Source: OCS155 cluster bacterium AG-426-D23 (GTDB taxonomy: Bacteria > Actinomycetota > Acidimicrobiia > Actinomarinales > Actinomarinaceae). From it: a stretch of DNA of 64,000 bases. Positions 55,604-64,000 of this stretch are shown in pieces. A program made the translations under genes and the position numbers. The stretch's first letter is position 1; each line of letters opens with the position of its first letter. The notes beneath the pieces were generated by a model. It saw nothing but the letters and a program-made list of their open reading frames with translations. It made no database searches and was not told the origin of the DNA. The DNA is taken from NCBI GenBank assembly GCA_003213165.1, contig QCNO01000002.1, forward strand, positions 74,868 through 138,867, written 5' to 3'.

Positions 55604-56011
55604 ATGAACGTAAAAACATTAAATGTAAAGATAGATGAATTTGTGTCCTACACAATGAGTTTTTTGAATAACATTCAAGTCTTTCATTGGCAGACACAAT
55701 CCTATGCAGAACATGAGGCATTAGGCGAATATTATGAAAGCCTTACAGACTTAAACGATAAGTTAGTTGAGTCATGGCAGGGAAATCAAAATACCAGACT
55801 CAAATTTAGCGAAGGACCTTATTCTTTAGAAAATTATTTCTCTAAAGAAGAAACCAAAAATAAAATTAATGAATTCAAAAATCAAGTGACTCAGTTATCA
55901 GGGTTTGTAGCAGAATTAAACGAATCAAACTCCTTTGATGATATAGAAAATATCTTAGAAGAGATCTCTGAAGTAAACAGCAGAACATTGTACCTGCTAA
56001 GCTTGAGCTAA
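55604..56011 (+). CDS. ferritin-like / Dps-like four-helix protein
   Basis: FHWQTQSYAEHEALGEYYESLTDLNDKLVE resembles the Dps ferroxidase helix pair; weak call. Confidence 0.45.
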   Translation: MNVKTLNVKIDEFVSYTMSFLNNIQVFHWQTQSYAEHEALGEYYESLTDLNDKLVESWQGNQNTRLKFSEGPYSLENYFSKEETKNKINEFKNQVTQLSGFVAELNESNSFDDIENILEEISEVNSRTLYLLSLS

Positions 56012-56187
56012 TGTTTAAGAAATTTTTAGAACTAGAAAAAAGACTATTTTCTGCACCGTATAGATGGCTTGTTAAAAAAGGTATCGTCACGATACTTGTT
56101 ACTTCAAAAAAAATATACAGAACAGCTGAAGATTTTTACGAGAGCAGATATGACGAACCTTTTGACCAGAGTCCCAACGTTCCCTAA
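56011..56187 (+). CDS. small protein (58 aa), paralogue of 62332..62517; below the ORF-track cutoff
   Basis: TAATG overlap with the preceding gene; KFLELEKRLFSAPYRWLVKKGIV matches KFLEVEDRVFRAPYNYLKEKGII (14/23 identical). Confidence 0.55.
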   Translation: MFKKFLELEKRLFSAPYRWLVKKGIVTILVTSKKIYRTAEDFYESRYDEPFDQSPNVP

Positions 56188-56345
56188 CTAATTAATTCTT
56201 TCAAATCTATTGGGAGAGTAAGAGAAAACCACAAAACAAAGGTATTAGAAGTATAAATGCACCTATCAGTATTCTTGTAGCGTTCATAACTACTTAATCT
56301 TAGTCCAAATTATTTTATTTAATAAAAGTTAAACAAATAGAATTA

Positions 56346-57056
56346 TTATCTTGTTATTTTTTCAGGAGATAAGAGATGTGTATCGTTTAATTTTTGTAAC
56401 CTAAAAATATGTTCTTTACCTACTGATACCCCAACTAGCATAGCTATTGATGCATGGTCTATTCCTAATCGAACGACATTCCAGGGTTTAAAATCAAATG
56501 AAAGAAGTTCAGATAACAGTACTGAATTAGTACCTCCATGCCCAACAATAAGTAAATTCTTATCTGTAGTTATCTCCCATACTTTTTCATCACCATTTCT
56601 AGTTTGTTGATAACTTTTTTTTATACCAAAATCTTCTAATGACTGATAAAAATGTGGTGTGAGATTGTTTGCATGATCAACAAAATTTTCCATTGATTCA
56701 AAACCCTCGTACCATTTATCAAGTTCAACTGCATTGAAATCAGATTTTTCAGATCTTTCAGCATACTCTTTCATACCCTTAAAATCGAGTAATTTGACTT
56801 CATTCAACCAAGAATGCTCTGACATTTTTATATTGTTATCAAGCTCTTTAGAAATTAATTCTGCTGTTTGTCTAGACCTAGTTAATTCTGAATGCCAAAT
56901 TGTTTCAAATGTAATATCCATGCTTTTCAAGAGATTGATATAGTTACCTGTAATCTTTCCCTGCTCAATACCAAGCTCTGTTAGTTCAGGATTGTTAGGA
57001 TCTTTTGCTTCCTCTCTCCAAAAAGGTTGCGCATGCCTAACCAATAATATAAACAT
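56346..57056 (-). CDS. histidine phosphatase family protein (last gene of the phn operon)
   Basis: LVRHAQPFW, SELTRSRQT, VGHGGT; TAATG overlap with the upstream phnE. Confidence 0.85.
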   Translation of the reverse strand: MFILLVRHAQPFWREEAKDPNNPELTELGIEQGKITGNYINLLKSMDITFETIWHSELTRSRQTAELISKELDNNIKMSEHSWLNEVKLLDFKGMKEYAERSEKSDFNAVELDKWYEGFESMENFVDHANNLTPHFYQSLEDFGIKKSYQQTRNGDEKVWEITTDKNLLIVGHGGTNSVLLSELLSFDFKPWNVVRLGIDHASIAMLVGVSVGKEHIFRLQKLNDTHLLSPEKITR

Positions 57057-57844
57057 TATGTTCCCTCTATAATTTTTGATCGTATTCTCGATGAAATCTC
57101 ATCGATAATAACAACTACAAGGACAGTAAATAATACAACGGTTCCAGCTCTTGGAAAGTCTCTATATTGAAATTGTCCAAGCAATTCTGCCCCAATTCCA
57201 CCTGCACCAATAAGTCCTAAAATTGCTGACGCTCTTATATTTATTTCAAATCTATATAAATAAAAACTTAAGAGTGATGGGAGAACTTGAGGAAGGACAG
57301 CCCATCTAGATTCTACGACACTTGTAGCACCAGTTGCAATAACAGCTTCTCTCTGCCCAAAATCAACCTCTTCTGATAATTCAGATTGCCATTTACCGAG
57401 CGTTCCTATTGATCCTATGCCAATAGCAAGGGTACCTGTTAAAGCACCTAGCCCAGTTATAGGTATTAATACATAGGCAATAATGAGTTCGGGTATTGCT
57501 CGTATTATCACAAGTAGTGATTTAAAAGGGCCCCATACGAAGTTTGGAAACAAGTTTGAACTTGCTAAGAATCCAAGAGGTATTGAGAAAATTATACCAA
57601 TTATCGTGCCTACCCAGGCAATCCATATTGTCTCTTCTAGCTTAATAAAGACTCTGGTAATCATTTCAGTGCTTAAATCTGGTGGAATCATTAAGCTAAA
57701 TATTTTTGCAACTTTAGGGAATGAGCTTACAAACCTCTCCCATGTTATTGAGAGGTCAGATGAGGACCAAAATACAACAACTCCAAGTAAAATATAAAAT
57801 CCTAACCTGATGTATTTAGTTCTATTATCTGTTGAGGTTATCAT
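57056..57844 (-). CDS. phnE: phosphonate ABC transporter permease
   Basis: PhnE-type motif REAVIATGATSVVESRW; 6 TM helices. Confidence 0.85.
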   Translation of the reverse strand: MITSTDNRTKYIRLGFYILLGVVVFWSSSDLSITWERFVSSFPKVAKIFSLMIPPDLSTEMITRVFIKLEETIWIAWVGTIIGIIFSIPLGFLASSNLFPNFVWGPFKSLLVIIRAIPELIIAYVLIPITGLGALTGTLAIGIGSIGTLGKWQSELSEEVDFGQREAVIATGATSVVESRWAVLPQVLPSLLSFYLYRFEINIRASAILGLIGAGGIGAELLGQFQYRDFPRAGTVVLFTVLVVVIIDEISSRIRSKIIEGT

Positions 57845-58659
57845 CTTAACAACCTACTTCGTACACTAGTTGAAATGATTTCAAGGATAACTATCATTGC
57901 AGTCATTGCCAAGACAATTGCACTTACGTTATCCCAATGAAAGTAAACTCTTTCAACATTTAGCAATTGACCTATGCCGCCAGCACCAACTAAGCCTATC
58001 ACTGCACTTACCCTTATAGAGAGTTCAAGCATAAAAATACATAGAGCAAAATATATAGGATTTATCTCTTTAACAACTGAATGTCTTAACGATGTAAAAT
58101 ATGTTGCACCCGTAGCATTTAAAGCCTCTAAGGGTCCAGGATCTAATGCATCGATAGATTCTGTAAACATCTTATACACAACAAAAACAACAAATATAAT
58201 AATTGCAACTAGGCCCGCAAATGGCCCGAAACCAAGTGCTGTAGTTGCAAGTATTACCCAGAAAAGTTCGGGCATTGTTCTTATCACATTTACTGAAGTT
58301 CTTGTTGTGTTTAATACAACTTTGTTTGGAGCTGTTAATTTAGAACCAAATAAACATAAGGGATATGCAAGGATACAACCTATGATTGCACCCAGGACTC
58401 CTACTTGAATTGACTCAATAAAGGCTCCAGAAGCTACCTCATACGTCCATTCAATAGCACCCCCTTCTTGAAAATAATCTTCAGGGAAAAATTTTGAAAC
58501 AACAAAAATTAAATTATCAATAGCACCATCAACTCTTCTGGGTGAAAAACCAACCCTATCAATTCCAAATACTGTTAATAGAATTATTGATAAAACGATA
58601 AAAAATCTATTTCTTAAGTTTTTTCTTGAGTCAGGATTTTTAATTTGTTCTTGTTTCAT
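57841..58659 (-). CDS. phnE: phosphonate ABC transporter permease
   Basis: LEALNATGATYFTSLRH. Start moved to the ATG at 58659 (MKQEQIK...); the track start at 58752 would overlap phnC by 113 nt. Confidence 0.82.
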   Translation of the reverse strand: MKQEQIKNPDSRKNLRNRFFIVLSIILLTVFGIDRVGFSPRRVDGAIDNLIFVVSKFFPEDYFQEGGAIEWTYEVASGAFIESIQVGVLGAIIGCILAYPLCLFGSKLTAPNKVVLNTTRTSVNVIRTMPELFWVILATTALGFGPFAGLVAIIIFVVFVVYKMFTESIDALDPGPLEALNATGATYFTSLRHSVVKEINPIYFALCIFMLELSIRVSAVIGLVGAGGIGQLLNVERVYFHWDNVSAIVLAMTAMIVILEIISTSVRSRLLR

Positions 58660-59413
58660 TATAATCTTCCTCGGTGAGTTGACCTCCATAGATTTTTTCA
58701 AAATCTGCATCAGTAATATCATCAACCATGCCATCGTAAACAATTTTTCCATCGTACATTCCTATGATGCGTTCTGCATAGTCTTTTGCTAAGTCAAGGA
58801 AGTGTAGATTTACAATTGTTGTTATACCTAACTCAACGTTAATTTTTTTGATATAGTCCATGACTTTTCTAGATGTAACTGGATCTAATGAAGCAACTGG
58901 TTCATCAGCTAAAACAAGCTTGGGTTTTTGTGTCAAGGCCCTTGCTATGCCAACTCTTTGTTGCTGACCGCCAGATAATTTTGAGGCTCTTGTCCATGCT
59001 TTCTCTTCTATCTCTACTTCTTTTAATGCATCCATTGCTATTTTTTTATCTTCGTCAGACCATAATCCAAAAAATCCTCTAAGTGTTGACATCTCGCCTA
59101 ATCTTCCAGTTAAGACATTGTTAAATACTGTGGTTCTTGTGACAAGATTGAAAGTTTGAAATATCATCCCAGTCTTTGAGCGAATCTCTCTGAGCTCTCT
59201 TTTTGATGATGTTGTAACTTCTTTGTCAAAGATATTAATACTCCCACTTGTAGTTTTTACTAGACCATTTAGCGTTCTTAATAAAGTTGACTTACCTGCT
59301 CCTGATTTTCCAACTATAACTAAAAAATCTCCTTCATTTATGTCTAATGAAACATCCTTCATAGCATGAGTGCCTGTTGGATAAATAACATTCACATTTT
59401 TTAATTTGATCAA
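58640..59413 (-). CDS. phnC: phosphonate ABC transporter ATPase
   Basis: TTG start after GGGAG; GKSGAGKSTLLR, LSGGQQQRVGIARAL, LVLADEPVASLD. Confidence 0.9.
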   Translation of the reverse strand: MIKLKNVNVIYPTGTHAMKDVSLDINEGDFLVIVGKSGAGKSTLLRTLNGLVKTTSGSINIFDKEVTTSSKRELREIRSKTGMIFQTFNLVTRTTVFNNVLTGRLGEMSTLRGFFGLWSDEDKKIAMDALKEVEIEEKAWTRASKLSGGQQQRVGIARALTQKPKLVLADEPVASLDPVTSRKVMDYIKKINVELGITTIVNLHFLDLAKDYAERIIGMYDGKIVYDGMVDDITDADFEKIYGGQLTEEDYNETRTN

Positions 59414-59437
59414 AATAACTCCCTTATTTTAAATATG

Positions 59438-59471
59438 ATAATCCGGCAGAGCTTTAGATCTGCCGGATTAT
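59438..59471 (-). other. 13-bp perfect intercistronic stem-loop between phnD and phnC
   Basis: ATAATCCGGCAGA-gctttaga-TCTGCCGGATTAT. Confidence 0.65.
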
Positions 59472-59507
59472 TTAGTTCAGTGTCGTACTTTATATAAATG
59501 AATAGAC

Positions 59508-60560
59508 TTACGGCTCAGTTATCCCAAAGGATTCTTGAGCTTCCCTTACCGGGTCAAATTCTGAATCTTCTACTGGTTCAACAGCAGTCCATCCATAAAA
59601 TGTATCAAAAAAGTTCTCAGCCTCTTCTCCTTGTGCAAGGAATGCAACCATACCATCTAATATAAGCTGTTGTAATTCATCTGAAAGATCAGCATTAACA
59701 GCTATTACATCGTTTGGTATTTCTGGTGAGATTCCAATAACAATTATTTTTTCTCCAACGTCTGGATTCTCTTTTCGGAGAGTTCTTCTTGCATCATCAT
59801 ATGAAAATCCAAAATCAGCATCTCCATTGTAAACTGCTTGGATTACTCCACCGTGTCCACCAGCAAATATGAGATTCATATCTGCATCTAAATCAAGTCC
59901 TGCGTTTTTTGCTGCAAGACCTGGAAATAAATAGCCGGAGGTTGATGCTGGATCAGCAGCAGCAACAGTTTTACCCTTCATGGATGTTAAATCTGCTTCA
60001 CAAGCATATCCAGGGCTTACTGTTTCTCCAGTATCTAAAACTTCAGGTTCTAATCCATTATCACCAAACGACCATCCCACTTGTAATGCTTTTACATCTG
60101 GTGGTGCAGTTGTTGATCCTGGAATAATTTCTGGTGTTCCATTTTTATTAGACCATGCTCCAATTACAGGTGCTGATTTACATACTGATGGATCATTTGT
60201 AACAATCTGTCCATGATACGTTGCAGAACCAAATCGTATAGCTTTTGATATGGCTGTAATCTTATCAGGGTATTGTTGTTGTGCTAATACAAACCCCAAA
60301 GGTCCTAAACCTGCAACATCAAGTTGTCCAGACCCTAAACCTGTAATAGCTCCAGCATAATCTTGTGTAAGACTTGCCTCAATTGGTATTCCAACATAGT
60401 CACTCATAAATTCAACAAATGGTTCGGATAATTCCTGTAATGCATCTGCATTATCAGCAGGAATAAATCCCCATTTGATGACCTCAGGATCTGAAGAGCC
60501 ACCACATGCGGTTGCAAATAGTCCCAAAATGAGAAGACTTACAATAAATTTTTTATTCAT
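59508..60560 (-). CDS. phnD: phosphonate/phosphite-type ABC substrate-binding lipoprotein
   Basis: Lipobox ATAC; PhnD-like GLGSGQLDVAGLGPLGFV; RBS AGGAGG. Confidence 0.8.
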   Translation of the reverse strand: MNKKFIVSLLILGLFATACGGSSDPEVIKWGFIPADNADALQELSEPFVEFMSDYVGIPIEASLTQDYAGAITGLGSGQLDVAGLGPLGFVLAQQQYPDKITAISKAIRFGSATYHGQIVTNDPSVCKSAPVIGAWSNKNGTPEIIPGSTTAPPDVKALQVGWSFGDNGLEPEVLDTGETVSPGYACEADLTSMKGKTVAAADPASTSGYLFPGLAAKNAGLDLDADMNLIFAGGHGGVIQAVYNGDADFGFSYDDARRTLRKENPDVGEKIIVIGISPEIPNDVIAVNADLSDELQQLILDGMVAFLAQGEEAENFFDTFYGWTAVEPVEDSEFDPVREAQESFGITEP

Positions 60561-60827
60561 TATTTAATTGTCCTCCTATTAACAATGTAATAATTATGAA
60601 TTAATTATCTAAACAAAAAGTAAATAAAACATAAACCCTTCCTTAACCTTATAAAATTAAGGAAGAGCAGTCCGCGGAGGACATTCGTATACACTAAGGT
60701 GTTTTAAACACTTATTGAGATAAACAAGTATGAATGTAACTGAAAAAATTAAATTTAAAGTAAATTATTTGGAAACAGATGTAAACATTATTTTAAAATA
60801 TGAAATAGAATTTTATTGGAAAATAAT

Positions 60828-61481
60828 ATGAGATTTACAACTTCGAAACAGTCTTTAATATCTGAGTTCATAGGGACATTCAGTTTAGTTTTTTTTGGTT
60901 GTGGATCAATTATTCTTTCTGAAATTAGTAATCTCAAATCCGAATATATTCCTTTTATTTTTGGGTGTACAATAGCTATTTTTATATATATTTTTGGAAA
61001 ATATTCTGGTGCTCATTTTAACCCAGCAGTCACGATTGGGTTTTTTATTAATAAGGAAATCTCAGTAAAAGATGGAATTCTTTACATAAGTATTCAGATA
61101 CTAAGTGCACTTTCCGCATCGTTGTTACACAATATTGTATTTACAGAACAACATAGTTTTGGAACCACAACTATATCTACTACATATATATCTGGATCTG
61201 TGGCAGAGATATTATGCACAACTTTTCTTATGTTGGTGATTCTATTAGTAACAAGAAACGACAACAGAGTTTATGGTTTAGCAATTGGAGGAGCAGTTAC
61301 TCTATCCGCACTTCTTATTGGAGACTTGACAGGTGCATCTTTAAATCCAGCACGAAGTATTGGACCCATGATTCTATATGGAAACACTAATGAGATATGG
61401 TTTTATATACTATTTCCTATTATTGGAAGTTCTATAGGTGTAGTTCTTTATAACTATTTAAAAAATGATCCCTCTGGATAA
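60828..61481 (+). CDS. MIP-family channel (aquaporin/aquaglyceroporin)
   Basis: Two NPA boxes (HFNPAVT, SLNPARS). ATG at 60828 preferred over TTG at 60816. Confidence 0.88.
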   Translation: MRFTTSKQSLISEFIGTFSLVFFGCGSIILSEISNLKSEYIPFIFGCTIAIFIYIFGKYSGAHFNPAVTIGFFINKEISVKDGILYISIQILSALSASLLHNIVFTEQHSFGTTTISTTYISGSVAEILCTTFLMLVILLVTRNDNRVYGLAIGGAVTLSALLIGDLTGASLNPARSIGPMILYGNTNEIWFYILFPIIGSSIGVVLYNYLKNDPSG

Positions 61482-61843
61482 TTTTTTAAGACATATCGTG
61501 TAAATAAAAACAGATTTATCTCACCAACTAACAGAACAATTGAAACTGGATGAATTCCTTCTTGCACAAAACTAATAACCCTCGCAACCATTACGAACCC
61601 TAGAGTCACAAAAACAATTCTTATCCAGAAATTATCTTTTGTTCTAAACCAAAGAAGTGGGGCGACACCTATAAGAATCCAAAGACCGCCAATATCTGCT
61701 TTAATTTGATTCAAAACATAATTTTCAGAGATTGTGACTCCAAGAAAGTCAAAAAACTGATTATTGAATACGAGTAATGCAACAGCAACAGTAAATCCAA
61801 GGACTGAAGTTCCGATTACACCTACTCTTATAAATAGTTTCAT
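61454..61843 (-). CDS. small four-helix membrane protein
   Basis: 129 aa, 4 TM helices. Confidence 0.55.
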   Translation of the reverse strand: MKLFIRVGVIGTSVLGFTVAVALLVFNNQFFDFLGVTISENYVLNQIKADIGGLWILIGVAPLLWFRTKDNFWIRIVFVTLGFVMVARVISFVQEGIHPVSIVLLVGEINLFLFTRYVLKNYPEGSFFK

Positions 61844-61846
61844 AAT

Positions 61847-62200
61847 CTAATGATTTGTAAGATCGATATCCATTCCAGCCATATTGATTTCAAGCAACTT
61901 TCCTGCTTCTCTTTCCTCAGCAGTTTTACCAGTTTTCTCTACCATTTTTTCATCAAACTCTGCTGTTCCAGCATCTACGTCATAACTTTCTAGCCAAGCA
62001 TCTCTTGATTCTTTCGAAGGAAACAAATTTACCCCAATATAGTAAATCCCATCTTCCTGCTCTTGGTGAGCCCAGTAATATTTAACTCCTGTTGCATCTG
62101 AAAACTCTTTTGAATATTCAGTCCAAACTTCTTTTTGGGCCTGAAAAGTCTCTTCATCGTGATTTTCAAATTTTGATAACATTATTGTCATTTGTTCCAT
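61847..62200 (-). CDS. small soluble protein, unknown (possibly ferredoxin-fold)
   Basis: 117 aa; RBS AAGGAGG. Confidence 0.5.
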   Translation of the reverse strand: MEQMTIMLSKFENHDEETFQAQKEVWTEYSKEFSDATGVKYYWAHQEQEDGIYYIGVNLFPSKESRDAWLESYDVDAGTAEFDEKMVEKTGKTAEEREAGKLLEINMAGMDIDLTNH

Positions 62201-62331
62201 ATTTAACCTCCTTTCCTTAGGGTATCAAAACCACTAAAACCTTGCATATATAGTTGTTAAACGTTTGTTAACAAAAATTTATTATTTTAAATTACAGTTA
62301 AATTCTCAGTTACGGTATTTTTAATAGCATC

Positions 62332-62517
62332 ATGAAAGACAAAATAAATAAATTTTTGGAAGTCGAAGACAGAGTATTTCGAGCACCTTATAACTATCTA
62401 AAGGAAAAAGGGATTATTGATAAGGTTAAAGAAATCAGAACAAGATTTGTTGAAATTTATGCCAAGGACGAAGAAATTCCATATGGTGGAAATCAAATGT
62501 TCTTTGGTGACGACTAA
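62332..62517 (+). CDS. small protein (61 aa), paralogue of 56011..56187
   Basis: See 56011..56187. Confidence 0.55.
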   Translation: MKDKINKFLEVEDRVFRAPYNYLKEKGIIDKVKEIRTRFVEIYAKDEEIPYGGNQMFFGDD

Positions 62518-62519
62518 GT

Positions 62520-63350
62520 CTATTTCTTTATACAGTACGGACAGTATTCGTTAATCTTAAAATCTGGAGAAGCCTTCTCTTCTGCTGACAGTGGCTCTCT
62601 GCAGATATAACAATAAATGTACTCTGTTTCATTGAGGTCTGTATCTAATGCAACACGTTCATCAAAAACAAAACAGTCACCGTTCCAATATTTTCCATCT
62701 GTCTTATTGAAGTAGTCAAGTACTCCACCCTCAAGTTGTTTTACATCAGAAAACCCTGCTTCCATCATTACTGCGGATGCTTTCTCACATCTAATTCCAC
62801 CAGTGCAGTACATAACAATTTGTTTGTCTTTGTATTCCTCTGGTAGTTGTTCTATTGCATCTGGAAAATCTCTAAATGTATCAAGTTGGAGGTCAACAGC
62901 ATTTTCAAACAATCCAACACGAGTCTCATATTCATTGCGAGTATCCAAGACAATGACATCTTCATTATTTTCATACATTGCATAGAGTTCTTGTGGAGTG
63001 ACATAATCTCCTGTTAGTTCTCTTGGATTAATATCATCTCTACCTAATGAGATGATTTCTTTTTTTGGACGCACTTTCATTCTTCTAAAAGGCTGAGTCT
63101 CACTGTATGTTTTTTTTAGAGGGATATCTAAAAATCTTTTATCTTGTTCCAAAAAATGAAGATACTTTTCTATAGCTTCTTTGTTACCAGCAAGAGAGAA
63201 GTTAATTCCGTTTGGACTTAAATATACTGAGCCTTTTAATTCAAGTTCGACACAAATTGATTGAAACTCAGGAACCAAATCTTTAAAGTCATCTAATGGT
63301 TCAAATTTATATCCGGCAATATTGAGTACATTTAAATTATTCACAGACAT
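62520..63350 (-). CDS. trhO: rhodanese-domain protein of the UPF0176/TrhO family
   Basis: Active-site loop YCTGGIRCEKAS, C-terminal CxxC...CxxC. Confidence 0.85.
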   Translation of the reverse strand: MSVNNLNVLNIAGYKFEPLDDFKDLVPEFQSICVELELKGSVYLSPNGINFSLAGNKEAIEKYLHFLEQDKRFLDIPLKKTYSETQPFRRMKVRPKKEIISLGRDDINPRELTGDYVTPQELYAMYENNEDVIVLDTRNEYETRVGLFENAVDLQLDTFRDFPDAIEQLPEEYKDKQIVMYCTGGIRCEKASAVMMEAGFSDVKQLEGGVLDYFNKTDGKYWNGDCFVFDERVALDTDLNETEYIYCYICREPLSAEEKASPDFKINEYCPYCIKK

Positions 63351-63367
63351 ATTGTAAATCCCAATCC

Positions 63368-64000
63368 TTATTTTATAAGACCTCTTTTTTGAAAAAAATC
63401 CACAATGTCGCTTATTGTTTCATCTACAGGCCTTGGTTTATGATCAAGTATTTCTTTTGCGAGAGTGCTTGGAATAATTTTGTTTTGGACTTTTACGGTA
63501 TGAATTGAATCAACAGTGGCACTTCTTGGTTTGTTGAAAAAAAGTGCCTTTAAATAAGAGGAAGGAACTGATAAATAAGCAAAGAAAAACGGAAGTGTAC
63601 CTCTTATTAATTTTTTATTTAACTTCTTAGACATTATTTCACCGATTCCAACAAAATCTATATAGTTTCCTCCAACAATATAATTTTGTTTTGACTCGCC
63701 TTTTTCTACACAGTTTATTGCAGTGAGGCAAAGATCTCGAACATCAACATAGTCATAACTAACATTTACTGTAAAAGGTCTTTTTCCATTAGCAATATTT
63801 ATAATCTCTTGGCCAAACAAACTAGGTTTAAAATCATTAGGTCCAAAAATTCCTGAAGGATGAATAATTGAAGCATCAAGACCTTTTTCACAATAATCAT
63901 AAACAATTCTCTGTGCATCTGCTTTTGATAGATCGTACGGAACAGAATTAGGATTTGTTACAAGGGGTCTATCTTCCAAAAGTGCTTCATCTAAAGGTTC
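63368..64000 (-). CDS. NAD-dependent epimerase/dehydratase family protein, C-terminal part (runs off the window)
   Basis: The reading frame stays open to the window edge; C-terminal substrate-domain pattern of SDR-extended enzymes. Confidence 0.55.
   Translation of the reverse strand, partial: EPLDEALLEDRPLVTNPNSVPYDLSKADAQRIVYDYCEKGLDASIIHPSGIFGPNDFKPSLFGQEIINIANGKRPFTVNVSYDYVDVRDLCLTAINCVEKGESKQNYIVGGNYIDFVGIGEIMSKKLNKKLIRGTLPFFFAYLSVPSSYLKALFFNKPRSATVDSIHTVKVQNKIIPSTLAKEILDHKPRPVDETISDIVDFFQKRGLIK

Noticed and set aside
40264-56208. 9-bp inverted match at the island borders (AGATTTGAA at 40264-40272; TTCAAATCT at 56200-56208) as possible att/IR ends.
   Set aside because: It is too short and A+T-rich to distinguish from chance, and no recombinase gene is present.
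4053-60827. Track N-terminal extensions at 4053, 14221, 16087, 46131, 58752 and 60816.
   Set aside because: The extended starts run through operators, upstream genes or structured spacers. Internal ATGs with proper context (4089, 14173, 16144, 46275, 58659, 60828) fit better.
62242-62274. TTGCAT followed by GTTGTTAAACGTTTGTTAACAA repeats in the 61847/62332 divergent spacer as an operator.
   Set aside because: It is short and A+T-rich, occurs once, and has an ambiguous direct versus inverted reading. This is not enough to call.
1-64000. CRISPR arrays, rRNA/tRNA genes, IS elements, integrases, reverse transcriptases.
   Set aside because: I found no regularly spaced direct repeats, no tRNA-like T-arm/acceptor patterns in the intergenic regions, and no DDE/tyrosine/serine recombinase or RT motifs in any ORF. 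A tRNAscan/Infernal run would be the decisive check.

Overview
A+T-rich (roughly one-third G+C by eye, not computed), tightly packed bacterial chromosome segment. I recognised no rRNA, tRNA, CRISPR array, transposase or integrase. Gene content and order suggest a streamlined, probably marine, low-GC actinobacterium; this is inference only. The supporting genes are trxB, a divergent NUDIX / CCA-adding-enzyme pair, argR, a UppS-type isoprenyl transferase, zur-znuACB, LLM- and PPOX-class oxidoreductases and TrpB2, together with many starts lacking a Shine-Dalgarno sequence but carrying a TANNNT box 6-7 nt upstream. Positions 1-40.3 kb and 56.3-64 kb hold housekeeping and transport genes. Positions 40.3-56.3 kb lie between lysA and a phnD-phnC-phnE-phnE-histidine phosphatase operon. 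They form an apparently even more A+T-rich accessory island of mostly unrecognisable genes with four modules. (i) A translationally coupled four-gene operon (184/514/278/929 aa) ends in an OLD/DUF3696-type ABC ATPase whose head is split by about 690 aa; this is my best candidate for an undescribed defence system. (ii) A module of unknown proteins in which three successive genes are each preceded by a GC-rich hairpin + ATGAA + SD. (iii) An excisionase-type HTH gene followed by an unknown gene whose start codon sits in a perfect 10-bp hairpin. (iv) A Cas4-like PD-(D/E)XK nuclease, an unknown 364-aa protein and an SPPY methyltransferase with a zinc-ribbon insert (R-M-like). The island also carries a Cys-rich protein, a secreted metzincin, a second HTH protein and a Dps-like protein. 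Other non-obvious signals outside the island: a 13-codon leader peptide with three Trp codons plus an attenuator in front of a trpB2 / PEP-utilising phosphotransferase operon; a tandemly duplicated ~85-nt sRNA unit with its own promoters, terminators and compensatory base changes; a six-gene array of paralogous membrane proteins and internally duplicated ABM-like proteins behind 11-bp periodic direct repeats; twin Zur boxes; and ARG-box-like palindromes. All function calls rest on motifs read from the translations; no database search was possible.
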